A stretch of 64,000 nt of DNA, taken from IMG/VR virus record IMGVR_UViG_2657245143_000002, positions 1 through 64,000 of that record; one strand, written 5' to 3'. Shown piece by piece: positions 39,877 through 49,373 of this stretch. The stretch is from a virus (lineage: Duplodnaviria > Caudoviricetes). The translations under genes and the position numbers were made by a program. The notes under the pieces are model-generated. The model saw only the letters and a program-made list of their open reading frames with translations, searched no databases and was not told the origin of the DNA. Position 1 is the first letter of the stretch. Every line of letters starts with the position of its first letter.

Positions 39877-41232
39877 TCATGACTTCTTCCACAAATCTCT
39901 CGGCACCTTTGTCAGGAAGAGATGGTGCGGGTTTACGCAGAGCGCCTGACCGCATGTGTGGCCTATAAACCAGTACCTAGGGACAGACCCTTTGAAAAGC
40001 TCATAGGCATACAGGACAACAGGCCTGACCACACCGCGACGAACTTGCAGAGAACCCCGCAACCTGCCTTTCTCATAGTGGCTCGCGCCCTGCCAAATCC
40101 AGCAGCCTCTCGGCCCGGCGGTCTTGGCGGCAAGCCTCCTAAACCTAGCCTCCACGGTCTCGTCGCTCGGCACTTCGTAGTGAAGGCACAATGGGTCGCG
40201 CTCCAAGTGGAAGTCATTGATCGGCTCCATCGGGCCGCGTCGCATCAATGACAGGGGTTCCTTGCGGTAACGGACGAGCAGGCGCTCGCACTCCGCTGCG
40301 GTCGGCGTCGTGCGGACCATTGGCGAGGCATAGAGGTCGTGCATGGCCTTCAGCGATTGTCTCAAGACTTCGAGCACAGGTTCATCCTCCGCCTTCTGAA
40401 GCGCGACTGCGGCGGCAAACTCGTTGTCGTCCGAGTCGGGCTGATACTTGTGGCGCATGTAGCAGGCGATCTGCTCGGCGTGGGGTAGCTCGGGGAGAAG
40501 GTACCGGTGGGTCGAATAGTGGTTCTCTCCAGAGGCATACACTTTGACGCGGATGTAAACACCATCCGAGGCATATCCACGCTGCTTCTTCGAGATGGTG
40601 ATGTTTCGCAGCCCGAAGGAAGACCTTTTGCTGGTCGGCACCCTGTTCTGTGAATTTCCGGTTTTGCTCACGAGGCGCAGATGGTCGGGTTTCACGCACA
40701 GCGTGCGGTGGCAGATGTGGTCAACATACATACCTCGCGGAATGGGACCGACGAAAGTCTCGTAGGCAAAGCGATGGGCAGGTGTATTGCGCTGGCCTTT
40801 CAACCAGAAGTACCCGTAAGGTAGACCGCGCCTTCTACTGCCTTCATCCGTGTACCCACGCCACAGCCAGCAGCCATCGTCTCCGGGGCACTTCTCCACG
40901 AAACGCATGAAACGTTCCTTGGGGTCCTTGGTCTGTCGCAGGCTTTGGTGCTCCGGCTCGATGCAACAGGGGTTATCCGGGCAACCCAACAAAGGCACGC
41001 CCTTCGGTTTCGGCCCGTTTTCGATCTCCCAGAGCGTGTGACGGATGTCCACCAGCGTCTTCACACCCTTGATTTCCTTGGTGCATAAGGGGCCATGTGG
41101 CTGCTTCCTCCCGTCGAGGTACAGAAGATGGCTCCCGCTTCGCACAAGATTCAGGTCCTTGCAAAGCTCCTTGGCTTGCAGGCTGGTCAGCCCCAGTGTG
41201 AGGGCACCTTTTCCACTTTTCTTTATAGCCAT
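39877..41232 (-). CDS. Multi-domain HNH homing endonuclease
   Basis: CWLWRG...AHRFAYETFVGPIPRGMYVDHICHRTLCVKPDHL; second CWIWQG...HTCGQALCVNPHHL; degenerate N-terminal copy; lower GC than flanks. Confidence 0.85.
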   Translation of the reverse strand: MAIKKSGKGALTLGLTSLQAKELCKDLNLVRSGSHLLYLDGRKQPHGPLCTKEIKGVKTLVDIRHTLWEIENGPKPKGVPLLGCPDNPCCIEPEHQSLRQTKDPKERFMRFVEKCPGDDGCWLWRGYTDEGSRRRGLPYGYFWLKGQRNTPAHRFAYETFVGPIPRGMYVDHICHRTLCVKPDHLRLVSKTGNSQNRVPTSKRSSFGLRNITISKKQRGYASDGVYIRVKVYASGENHYSTHRYLLPELPHAEQIACYMRHKYQPDSDDNEFAAAVALQKAEDEPVLEVLRQSLKAMHDLYASPMVRTTPTAAECERLLVRYRKEPLSLMRRGPMEPINDFHLERDPLCLHYEVPSDETVEARFRRLAAKTAGPRGCWIWQGASHYEKGRLRGSLQVRRGVVRPVVLYAYELFKGSVPRYWFIGHTCGQALCVNPHHLFLTKVPRDLWKKS

Positions 41233-41284
41233 GCAACGTTCCTTCGGTTGTTGTCCGAAAGAGCCTGTGCAGCCAGCAAAAAAT

Positions 41285-41310
41285 TGAAGACCCCTCTAAG
41301 GGGTCTTCAA
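41285..41310. terminator. Hairpin
   Basis: TGAAGACCCCT...AGGGGTCTTCA. Confidence 0.6.
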
Positions 41311-41317
41311 CGGTGAG

Positions 41318-42682
41318 CTACTTCTTCCATGCCTTGTTCGAGATGAAGGGCTTCTTTCCATCCGCCAGTTGCTTGGAAAGCTGGGAGGCGGTGAGCCACC
41401 TGCCGTTGTAGCCCGCCCATCGTCCGTCGGAGTGGTAGTTGCCCTCACTGATTCGTATGCGCCAGCCGCCGTACTGCGCGCCCTCCTGCACCTCCTCCAC
41501 ATACGCGATGTGGCCCGGCGAGCAACCTCCGAAGGGGCCACAGTATGAGGAGATCAGATCACCGGCGTGCGGGGTCGAGCTGACGTTCCATGCGGGGTCG
41601 CCGGCGGCGCACTCGGCTATGTGTCCTCCGCTGCCGCATGGGTCACCGGTGATTGGCGTCCAGCCTTTGTCGCCGTAGACGAGATAGGCACGCAGCCATG
41701 CGTAAAGAACACACTGCCAGCGATATTGGCTCGACACGCCTGCGAACCCACCATTACCGCCCACGAGCTGCGTCGTCCCCTCGATACAGATGTCGCGCTT
41801 GTACTTGTCCTCCAACGCCTTGCAGAGCCAGCCGAAGTCACCTTCCCCGACCGGGGCGTCGCCTATGCCTTCGCCTCCATTTGTCTGGCCGCTGTCCTCG
41901 CTCTTGCACCCCGCCTGCACCACCCCGCCATCAGTGGAGCCTTCCGTTCCGCCGTCGGTGCCGGCACCCGCGTCCTTGTCCGCCGTCGGGCTGGTCTGGA
42001 AGCTGATGCCGTCGAGTTTGTTCCGGTACCAGTCCACGGCGGTCTGGATGCGGAGCTCCTTGTTGCTCTTCGCCCAGTCGGGGCGCTCCCAGCCGGCCAT
42101 CCATGCGAACGCCGCCGCCTGCGGCGAGGTGGCGTTGTACCAAGACTTGTAGAGGTCTCCGCCGATCACCCAGTCGGGATGCTCGGACTGCACGTTGCCG
42201 AGGTAATGGTTGTTGAAGTCGCCCTTGGCGTAGTGAATGAGCACCTTCACCTGCGTGTCGATGCTGTCCATGTTCTCACCGCCGATGCCCATTCCGTCCA
42301 TCTTGGCTTGGAGCTTGCTCTTCGGCGTCCACTGCGCTATTCCGTAGCCGGAGCCGCCGACCTCGCCCCTCGTCGGATTGATGCCCGACTCCGCCACGAG
42401 GTTGGCTACCACGCCCGCCGCGCTCTCCTTCGTGTACCCGGCGTCCGCGAACGCCTGCGCGACCTTCAGGCCGTTGGCGAGCTGGCCGGAGCCGGTGGTC
42501 CCCGCCGAATCGGTCTCCGTGGTGTCGGCCACGGTCTTGGTGCATGCGCTCGGAGAGTCGTCCGCTGCGTCGTCGTCCCCGCCCATCGAGGAGAGCATCG
42601 CCACGACCATGAGCATGGGCAGCGCCACGACCATGAGCGGGGCCAGCAGGCCCGCCGTCCAGAAAAGTGCCTTTCGTCTCAT
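41318..42682 (-). CDS. Conjugative peptidoglycan hydrolase (phage-tail-lysozyme-like + CHAP), VirB1-like
   Basis: AAGVVANLVAESGINP...GYGIAQWT...WERP; QCVLYAW...GHIAYVE...ISEGN. Confidence 0.85.
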   Translation of the reverse strand: MRRKALFWTAGLLAPLMVVALPMLMVVAMLSSMGGDDDAADDSPSACTKTVADTTETDSAGTTGSGQLANGLKVAQAFADAGYTKESAAGVVANLVAESGINPTRGEVGGSGYGIAQWTPKSKLQAKMDGMGIGGENMDSIDTQVKVLIHYAKGDFNNHYLGNVQSEHPDWVIGGDLYKSWYNATSPQAAAFAWMAGWERPDWAKSNKELRIQTAVDWYRNKLDGISFQTSPTADKDAGAGTDGGTEGSTDGGVVQAGCKSEDSGQTNGGEGIGDAPVGEGDFGWLCKALEDKYKRDICIEGTTQLVGGNGGFAGVSSQYRWQCVLYAWLRAYLVYGDKGWTPITGDPCGSGGHIAECAAGDPAWNVSSTPHAGDLISSYCGPFGGCSPGHIAYVEEVQEGAQYGGWRIRISEGNYHSDGRWAGYNGRWLTASQLSKQLADGKKPFISNKAWKK

Positions 42683-42782
42683 GCCCTTGGCTGTCCGGCG
42701 ACGCCGCCGTGCCAAGCCGCCGTCAAACCCTGCGGCATGCCCCAGCCGGAGGCGTCGAGTCCGTATGCGGCGGCCGCCTGCA

Positions 42783-43748
42783 TCAGGCGTCCCTGCCGGG
42801 GTCGGTGGGTGCCTTCCATGTCGGTCCGGGCTGCGCCTTCGCGGTGAGCACGTCGAACGTTTCGCCGTTGGGGTAGTGGCATCTGCCGATCTGGCCGTCG
42901 GGGCCGAACCAGTCCTCCCAGAGCGCGACCGGCTGGGCGGTGTCCGCCGCCTTGAACGCGGAGCGCATCTTGGATTCGAGCATCCTCTGGCCCTTGTCGC
43001 CCCTTCCGGCGAGCAGCCACACGACCTGCGTCCTCGCATAGGGATGCTTGTCCATGTGGCTTTGCCAGCGTGACACCTTGCCCGCGAGGAACGAGCCGGA
43101 GGCGGTCAGCTCGATGCACACCCGGAAGCCGTCGGGCCGCACCAGCGTGACGTCGGGCGAGCCGGAGCCGTCGATGGAATCGTCGTCGTAGAGCAGGTCG
43201 AAGCGGGACCAGCCCTCGCCCACGAGCGACCAGCCCAAGTCGAGGAACGGCAGCGCCGCCTCGACGGTGAGCAGGTTGTGGCGGTCGTACTGGCGCTGCG
43301 AGCGCAGCGCCCTCGACGCGGAGAGGGCCGACACCTGAACGGGGTTCATGCCGAGGTCGAGGAGCTTCTGCGCGATGTCATCGACCGGGAGGCGCAGGGC
43401 CATCCAGTCGGCGGACATCGGGTTGTTGTTCGGCCTGCCGTCGAACGTCATGGGGAAGCCTAGGTCGATCAGTCCGAGCGCGGCGAGGGAGCGGTAGAGC
43501 ATGACCGCTGGCTTGTCGGGTGTTCCGGGTGCGAGACGGTTGAGCTGCTTCGTCTCCAGCGTCCTGAACGAGTGGACGAGGCCGATGACCTCGGCCACCC
43601 GGTCGAGCTGCCTCGTGACGCAGTTGGTCGCCTCGTCCCGTCCGGGGAGCCATGCGGGTCTGCGGCCCGCGAGCGCCATGCCGTTGCTGTCGTACCATGA
43701 CAGCGCCGCGCCCGACAGCCACCATTCGTATCCGAAGAAATCGGTCAT
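42783..43748 (-). CDS. Replication-relaxation (Replic_Relax-like) protein, candidate relaxase
   Basis: RHNLLTVE...SPDVTLVRPDGFRVCIELT pattern; adjacent to the VirB1-like gene. Confidence 0.55.
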   Translation of the reverse strand: MTDFFGYEWWLSGAALSWYDSNGMALAGRRPAWLPGRDEATNCVTRQLDRVAEVIGLVHSFRTLETKQLNRLAPGTPDKPAVMLYRSLAALGLIDLGFPMTFDGRPNNNPMSADWMALRLPVDDIAQKLLDLGMNPVQVSALSASRALRSQRQYDRHNLLTVEAALPFLDLGWSLVGEGWSRFDLLYDDDSIDGSGSPDVTLVRPDGFRVCIELTASGSFLAGKVSRWQSHMDKHPYARTQVVWLLAGRGDKGQRMLESKMRSAFKAADTAQPVALWEDWFGPDGQIGRCHYPNGETFDVLTAKAQPGPTWKAPTDPGRDA

Positions 43749-43889
43749 GCCTGTGCCTTCCGTCGCCTTTCGCTTGCTGCGGTTGGCTGTCCGCTCTCCG
43801 GGGCGTCCGCCGGGTCATGGGAATGCTCTCGTATTTTCGGTTTTAATCGACGCAGGGTGGTCGGTTGGTCGTCCCGGATAAAGGAAAAA

Positions 43890-43918
43890 CCACCCGGAAA
43901 ATCGGAGTTTCCGGGTGG
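43890..43918 (-). terminator. Hairpin downstream of primase operon
   Basis: CCACCCGGAAA...TTTCCGGGTGG with an A-run on +. Confidence 0.65.
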
Positions 43919-43935
43919 CCTTCGTCGTTTTCGGC

Positions 43936-45072
43936 CTATTCTGCTGGCATCAGGTCCTCGACCTTGGCCCAGTCCTCAGCCGGCGTGGCTTCGGGGAGCT
44001 CGTCGGGGACGGTGGGCACGTCGCCCTTGCCGGGCAGTTCGCCACGGTCGATCATCGCCTCGATCTCGCCCATGCCGAGGACGCGCAGGGTGCGCACCGG
44101 GGTGTCGCGGTCGGCTCCGGCCACGAGCACGTCGCGCATGAGCTGGGCCCTGCGGAAGCCCACGCGGTCGGCCACGCCTCCGGGCCACGGTCCCTTGATG
44201 ACGCGGCCTCCCAAGTCGGCGTCCAGTGGTCGCCAGTCGCTTCTGCGGTAGGTCTTGGGGTTGGCGAGCCATCGTCCTGCGGCGAGGTCCTTTGGTTCGA
44301 TGGCGGCCTCGCAGCGCACGAGCAGGTCGAGCGCGGAGACCTCGGATTCCACGGCGTCGCTGGGCAGGGTTCGCTCCAGCGCCCTGCGGTAGGAGTCCCC
44401 GTCGTTGATGGGCTCGGTGCGGGCGAGCCTGTAGGCGTCGGGGGAGCGCTTGATGCGTTCGATGTCCCCGGCGGGCTGGGGCAGTCCCATCGGCGGGCCG
44501 GGGATGACCCGGTTGGGTTCGATGTTGCCCCAGTCGCACAGGCGGACGAGCGCGGCCAGCGTCCTGTTGTCGAGCCGTCCCCACCGGCGTGCCAGTTCGA
44601 TGGCGTCGAGCCTTGTGGAGGCCGACAGGCAGAACGTGAACGCACCCGGCCCCTTGAGCTTGTCGGGGTCGTAGGTCTCGGGGTATGCGTCCGGGTCGCG
44701 TCCGGCGGGGTCGTAGATGTGGATGTGCTCGCGGGGCAGCTCCACGATCTCGCGTCCGTGCTCGCGTGCGACGGCGGCGAGCAGGTTCACCGCCGCCTGA
44801 CGTCTGAGCGCCTGAATCGGGATTGCCAAGTCGATGCGTGGTTCGCCGTCCGCGCCGGTCAGCCACCGGAGCTCGTCGCCGGGCTTGCTTGGCCGCACCC
44901 TCGGGTCGATGATGTTGCGCGAGCGCAGGGCGGGGCTCGCGGTCGCCAAGCCGATGCCCGGTCCGATCAGGTAGCCCCTGCCGTGGCACCTGTTCGCCCA
45001 GTCGGCCAGAATGTCGATGCCTTCGAGCCAGCCGTTCTCCCTGAGCAGGTTCGTTTCCTTGGTGTCGTTCAT
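43936..45072 (-). CDS. Hypothetical protein coupled to primase-helicase
   Basis: ATGA overlap with the upstream gene; 378 aa. Confidence 0.7.
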   Translation of the reverse strand: MNDTKETNLLRENGWLEGIDILADWANRCHGRGYLIGPGIGLATASPALRSRNIIDPRVRPSKPGDELRWLTGADGEPRIDLAIPIQALRRQAAVNLLAAVAREHGREIVELPREHIHIYDPAGRDPDAYPETYDPDKLKGPGAFTFCLSASTRLDAIELARRWGRLDNRTLAALVRLCDWGNIEPNRVIPGPPMGLPQPAGDIERIKRSPDAYRLARTEPINDGDSYRRALERTLPSDAVESEVSALDLLVRCEAAIEPKDLAAGRWLANPKTYRRSDWRPLDADLGGRVIKGPWPGGVADRVGFRRAQLMRDVLVAGADRDTPVRTLRVLGMGEIEAMIDRGELPGKGDVPTVPDELPEATPAEDWAKVEDLMPAE

Positions 45073-48000
45073 GCTCTTGCCTCGCTTTCGTTCGTGGTGA
45101 ATATGTCGTCCTCCTCCGGGTCGTCGTATGGGGCCACGGTGGCGAAGCCGAGTTGCCCGGCGAAGTCGCGTTCGGCCCTAGCCAAGTCGTGGGAGTCATC
45201 GGTGGGCGGTGCCGTGTATCCGGTCGCGTTCCCGCGGCCCGCCTTCCACGGGTCGTCCGGCGTGACCACGGTCGTGGGTTTCTTGGCCGACGGGGCTCCG
45301 ACGGGCTCCGGGTCCCAACCGGGTTCCGCGGGCGTCACGGCCTCCACCGGCTTCGGGGCCTCGACGGGCCTTTCCGTGTCCGGCTTCGCGTCCATCGGAC
45401 TCGCGCCCTTGGGACCGTCGTCCGTCGGTTCGGGTTCGGGGCCGTTCCCCGGTTCGTCGCCGTCCTCACCGAACCACACCGCCTCGGGGATGCACAGCAT
45501 GCGCAGCCTGCGTCCGGCGATGCGTATCTGGCGCACGGGGGAGTCCTTCTGGTCGTGCATGGTGTAGGGGGCCATCGCGTTCTTCACGTCACTCACAGTC
45601 TGTTCGAGCCTCAGCTCGCGTATGAGCGTGTCCGGCGCGAAGCAGTAGGCGTTGCCCTCGTCCGGGAACGCTTTGACGTAGCCGATGATCGGCTTGTTGC
45701 CGTCGTCCGCGCCGTTGACGGGCTGGCCCATCTCGTTGCCGAGCGTCACGCGCCCGGTCATCACGTAGGAGCGCAGCCTGTCCAGCAGGGAGCCGGTGTC
45801 GTTGGCGAGCGAGTCCGCCGCCTTCAGGTGGTTGGCGATGATGCCCGCCACCGCCGGCTCGCCATGTCCTTGGTCGAGCTTGGCGTGCCACGACTCCTTG
45901 GCCGCGTCGCTGAGCCACAGGCCGGTCTCGTCCATGAACTCTGTCCAGTATTGAAGTCCGGTCAGGATGCCCGCGACCACAAGGGATTCTCGCGTGCTCA
46001 GGCGCAGGCCACGCGAGCGCCCGGCCTTCCAAGCCGCCGAATCGTTGACGTATTCGGCCCACATGTTGCGACGGTCCGCTATCCTCGCGGAGAAATCGCC
46101 GCCGTCGGCCTTCTCGGACTCGATGCGCCGGGCCAGCCAGCGCAGGTACAGCGGTATGACCTGCTGCCACTCGCGGGCGCTGGTCATGCGCTGGATTCCG
46201 GTGAGCAGCTTGTTGCCGCCCTCGTCCAGCTCGTCGCACGGCAGGTACGCGGCCATGAACGACCCGATGACGTCACGCAGGCCCTCGTCAGCCCCGGTGG
46301 CCTCATTGAGCTGCTTGGCCGACGACAGGGATTGCGGCGTGTCCATCGGCACCTGATAGATGCGCGACAGGGCGCTCGCCGCGGCGTCGTCGGGGATGCG
46401 CTCGCCCACGATGAACGGCAACGGTTGACTGTCGTCACGGCGGCGCAGGCCCACGGAGCCGTTCTGCACCTGACCGCGCATGCGCTCGCCGGAACCGTGG
46501 GCGCGGCGCACGATGCTGTCGAATATCTCATTGAGCTTGACCCGCTCCACCCGGCTGGCCGGCATCTTCATGTCGTCCACGAACACGGGGAAGTTGTCGA
46601 TGCCACGCATGGCGAGGTCGATGGCGTTCGACGTGCTGCTGAATGCGAGCATCGATTGGTTGCGGGTCGGACCCCACGCGGAGCCGACCAGCGCGTTGTA
46701 CGTCTGCATCAGGGTGGACTTGCCATTCGAGAAGCCGCCGAAATACGCGACCACGCACGCGGGCGGGGTCGGCAGGAAGCTCAGCGCCAACGCGCCCAGC
46801 GAGGCGTCGGAACGCACCGGCTTGGCCCACACGCCCCTTAGACCGAGGGTAAGCATGCTCGCGGCCCGGCGCACGTCGTCGTTGACCGCCAAAGGCTCCA
46901 TGCGAATCTTGCGCATCTCGCCGCCCAGATCGGACTTCGTGACGCACGCCGCATCACCTTGAACCCAACCGTCGGCGGTCATGGACCCCTGCGGCAGCGT
47001 GAAGCTCGCCCGCCCGCCGTCGGCCGGAATGTCCCAGCCGATATGCGCCACCCGATAGGTCTCACGGCTCCCGGTCGAGGACTCCCACAGGGAATCCAGC
47101 ACCAGCCTGACCGTCCTCGGGTCGCGCGGCACGCGGATGGACGTCGCCCGGTCGTCCGGCAGGCTCCTGACAAGCGAACCCAAGTCCTCGACCTGCTTGA
47201 GAGTGAGATTGCGCATCGGCACCACGGTCGGCCTGCCTCCCGGATTGAAGATCGCCGCCTCCACGTCGAACAACGGCTCGCCCAACGGGGCGTCCGGGTC
47301 CTTCGGGTTCGCCTTCCAGCGGATAGCGTTCGTCACGCGGACGGTGCAGCCCATCAGCGCATTGTCCGGCAGCACGGTCGGGCGCTCGCCGGGCGCGAGG
47401 CCGTCACTGCCCTCGTCGTCGCGCAGCAACGCGAGGCCGAGGTCATAGCGCATCACCACCGGCAGGTTGTTCTCCAACGGGACGCACGCGGGCAGGTCGC
47501 CCGCGTCCTTCAGCATGTTGCGCATCAGGCGGTCGCGCTCGCCGTCGGTCAGCTTCCCCATCTCGCCGTCGATGTCGGCCTTCGTGCCGAGCCTGTTCTG
47601 CAAGGTGGCGAACAGCACGGTCGGCGTGCCGCCGTTGCCGCGCAGCACGGGGTAGAGCTCGCGCAGCGACGAGAGCAGCATCGAGGCGGAGCGGTTCACG
47701 TTCGGGTTGGAGCTCACGTCGGCGTCGAAGGCGACCACGAAGCGGGTGGCCTTCGAGTGGCGCAAGAGGTGGTGCAGGTCGTCGCCGGGGAAGCCTTCGG
47801 AGGACCAGTTCCAGCAGCCCAGCAGGCCCACGGCGGCGACGCCATCGGGCAGGTGCCGGGATGCGGCCATAGTCTGCTTGGTACCCTCTACGAGCATGAT
47901 GGTGCGGGCGTCGCGCCAGTCGGTCGGCTGGTCCTCCGGGGCGAACAGGATGCCGCCCTCGCCGCGCTGCTGCACGTATTTCATCGCCCGGCCCTTGGCG

Positions 48001-48227
48001 TCCTTGCGGGGACGGTCGGGGCGGGCCTGCCACACGACGCCGCCGGACACCCGGTGCAGGGCGAACACGAGCGCCGGGGTCGGGCAGTCGATGCGCGGGG
48101 GCAGGGAGTCGGGCCGGTCTGCGGTGTACAGGTCGCCTTCCGGGTAGTCGCGCGGGTCGATGGCGTGGTCCAGCAGGAACCGCCTGTGGACGTCCGCGAG
48201 TCTGTGAGTCGTTTGAGTGTCCGTCAT
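45069..48227 (-). CDS. Primase-helicase (DUF3854/Toprim-like N-terminus, DUF927-like region, P-loop helicase)
   Basis: WQARPDRPR...KY, LVEGTKQ, GLLGCWNW, VVAFDAD; HIGW; GGFSNGKST, VFVDD; GGAGGG RBS. Confidence 0.8.
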   Translation of the reverse strand: MTDTQTTHRLADVHRRFLLDHAIDPRDYPEGDLYTADRPDSLPPRIDCPTPALVFALHRVSGGVVWQARPDRPRKDAKGRAMKYVQQRGEGGILFAPEDQPTDWRDARTIMLVEGTKQTMAASRHLPDGVAAVGLLGCWNWSSEGFPGDDLHHLLRHSKATRFVVAFDADVSSNPNVNRSASMLLSSLRELYPVLRGNGGTPTVLFATLQNRLGTKADIDGEMGKLTDGERDRLMRNMLKDAGDLPACVPLENNLPVVMRYDLGLALLRDDEGSDGLAPGERPTVLPDNALMGCTVRVTNAIRWKANPKDPDAPLGEPLFDVEAAIFNPGGRPTVVPMRNLTLKQVEDLGSLVRSLPDDRATSIRVPRDPRTVRLVLDSLWESSTGSRETYRVAHIGWDIPADGGRASFTLPQGSMTADGWVQGDAACVTKSDLGGEMRKIRMEPLAVNDDVRRAASMLTLGLRGVWAKPVRSDASLGALALSFLPTPPACVVAYFGGFSNGKSTLMQTYNALVGSAWGPTRNQSMLAFSSTSNAIDLAMRGIDNFPVFVDDMKMPASRVERVKLNEIFDSIVRRAHGSGERMRGQVQNGSVGLRRRDDSQPLPFIVGERIPDDAAASALSRIYQVPMDTPQSLSSAKQLNEATGADEGLRDVIGSFMAAYLPCDELDEGGNKLLTGIQRMTSAREWQQVIPLYLRWLARRIESEKADGGDFSARIADRRNMWAEYVNDSAAWKAGRSRGLRLSTRESLVVAGILTGLQYWTEFMDETGLWLSDAAKESWHAKLDQGHGEPAVAGIIANHLKAADSLANDTGSLLDRLRSYVMTGRVTLGNEMGQPVNGADDGNKPIIGYVKAFPDEGNAYCFAPDTLIRELRLEQTVSDVKNAMAPYTMHDQKDSPVRQIRIAGRRLRMLCIPEAVWFGEDGDEPGNGPEPEPTDDGPKGASPMDAKPDTERPVEAPKPVEAVTPAEPGWDPEPVGAPSAKKPTTVVTPDDPWKAGRGNATGYTAPPTDDSHDLARAERDFAGQLGFATVAPYDDPEEDDIFTTNESEARA

Positions 48228-48299
48228 AATAAGCCCTCCAAAATTCCAGTTGCCGTATGGCGCGGATTTCGCACGCACGGCTGTCCGGGAAAAACGAAA

Positions 48300-48330
48300 G
48301 GGCCGGCACCCCGTGAAGAGGTGCCGGCCC
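48300..48330 (-). terminator. Hairpin downstream of SSB
   Basis: GGGCCGGCACC...GGTGCCGGCCC. Confidence 0.6.
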
Positions 48331-48348
48331 AAGACCGGTCGGTTCGTC

Positions 48349-49109
48349 TCAGAAGTCGAGCTCCACGTCATCGCCGCCCGCGATCAGGTCCTCGGCCCTG
48401 AGCTCCGTGGCCTCCGGCTTCGGGGCGGCACCGAAGATGCCGTCCTCCTCGTCGTCGGACTGCCTGCCGACCAGACCGCCGTTGGGCACGTTGGTGCCGG
48501 TGAAGGCCGCGAAGTCCTTGTCGGGGTCGGAGGAGCCGCCGAGGCGGTCGCCGTCGCGCAGCTTCAGCAGGCTGTTGAGGTACAGGCTCACGCCGACCTT
48601 GCCCTTCTTGTCCACCCACGCGCGGGCGCTGATGCGGGCGGAGCCGTAGATGCCGTCGTACCAGTTGTCGGGGTCGCGCTCGGAGTCCTTGGCGATGGTT
48701 TTGCTTTCGGTCAGCAGGTAGAGGCCGGGGGCGTAGCGGTCGCCGGAGGTGGCGGTCAGGACCCAGCTCGACAGATTCTCTTCGTGCTTGCTGTAGGGCT
48801 CGGTGTCGCCGTCCTTGATCGGGTCGGAGAAGTTGGCGGGGTTGAGCGGCAGGCTGATCTTGCCTTCGTCGCGGGCGGCGAGGAGGGCCTGCCTGACGAT
48901 GTGCTCCAGCGCCTCGTGGGTCGCCTCGTCGCTCTTGGGATGATGATTCGCGCGGAATAGCTCTTGTACTCGCTCTTCCTGCGGTCGTCGCCCACGCCGA
49001 ACCACTGGTAGTCGGGCTCGGTCACCTGTAGGAAGTTCAGGCGGGCCTCGCCGGTGGTCGTCGCCGTGTCGCGCTTCTTGGTCTTGCTGTTCTTGGCTGG
49101 TGCAGCCAT
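48349..49109 (-). CDS. Phage-type ssDNA-binding protein, DUF2815/gp2.5-like (apparent frameshift near 48935)
   Basis: TGEARLNF...YSARIIIP/KSD...PIKDGD...GVSLYLNSLLKLRDGDRLGG, acidic tail ending in F. Confidence 0.8.
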
Positions 49110-49211
49110 ATTCGCTCCTTTGTGTAGTGCGTTTTCGTTCCATCGTGTTCCGATGGCTCCACCGACCGGACGGTCGTTGTGCCGCCGGCATGGTGCGGAT
49201 TTTCGCCCCGT

Positions 49212-49373
49212 CTAGAAGAAGATCGCGCGGACGACCGCGACCGCCAGAATCACGACGGCGATGCCCGCCGCCCAAGAACCCCACTGCTCGCCGTTCTCCG
49301 CGAAGCTGCGCTCGTAGTGCTCCGGCTTTTCGGCCGCCCCGGTCCCGGCCTTGGTTTCGTTCTCGTCGCTCAT
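49212..49373 (-). CDS. Small membrane protein
   Basis: AAGGAG RBS; C-terminal TM helix. Confidence 0.5.
   Translation of the reverse strand: MSDENETKAGTGAAEKPEHYERSFAENGEQWGSWAAGIAVVILAVAVVRAIFF

Noticed and set aside
7660-48940. Six frameshifts (~7665, 8775, 31610, 31860, 39185, 48935) as programmed frameshifting or phase variation
   Set aside because: Each is repaired by adding one base, mostly in short C/G runs, with no slippery heptamer or repeat tract; long-read deletion error is more likely. Needs a read check.
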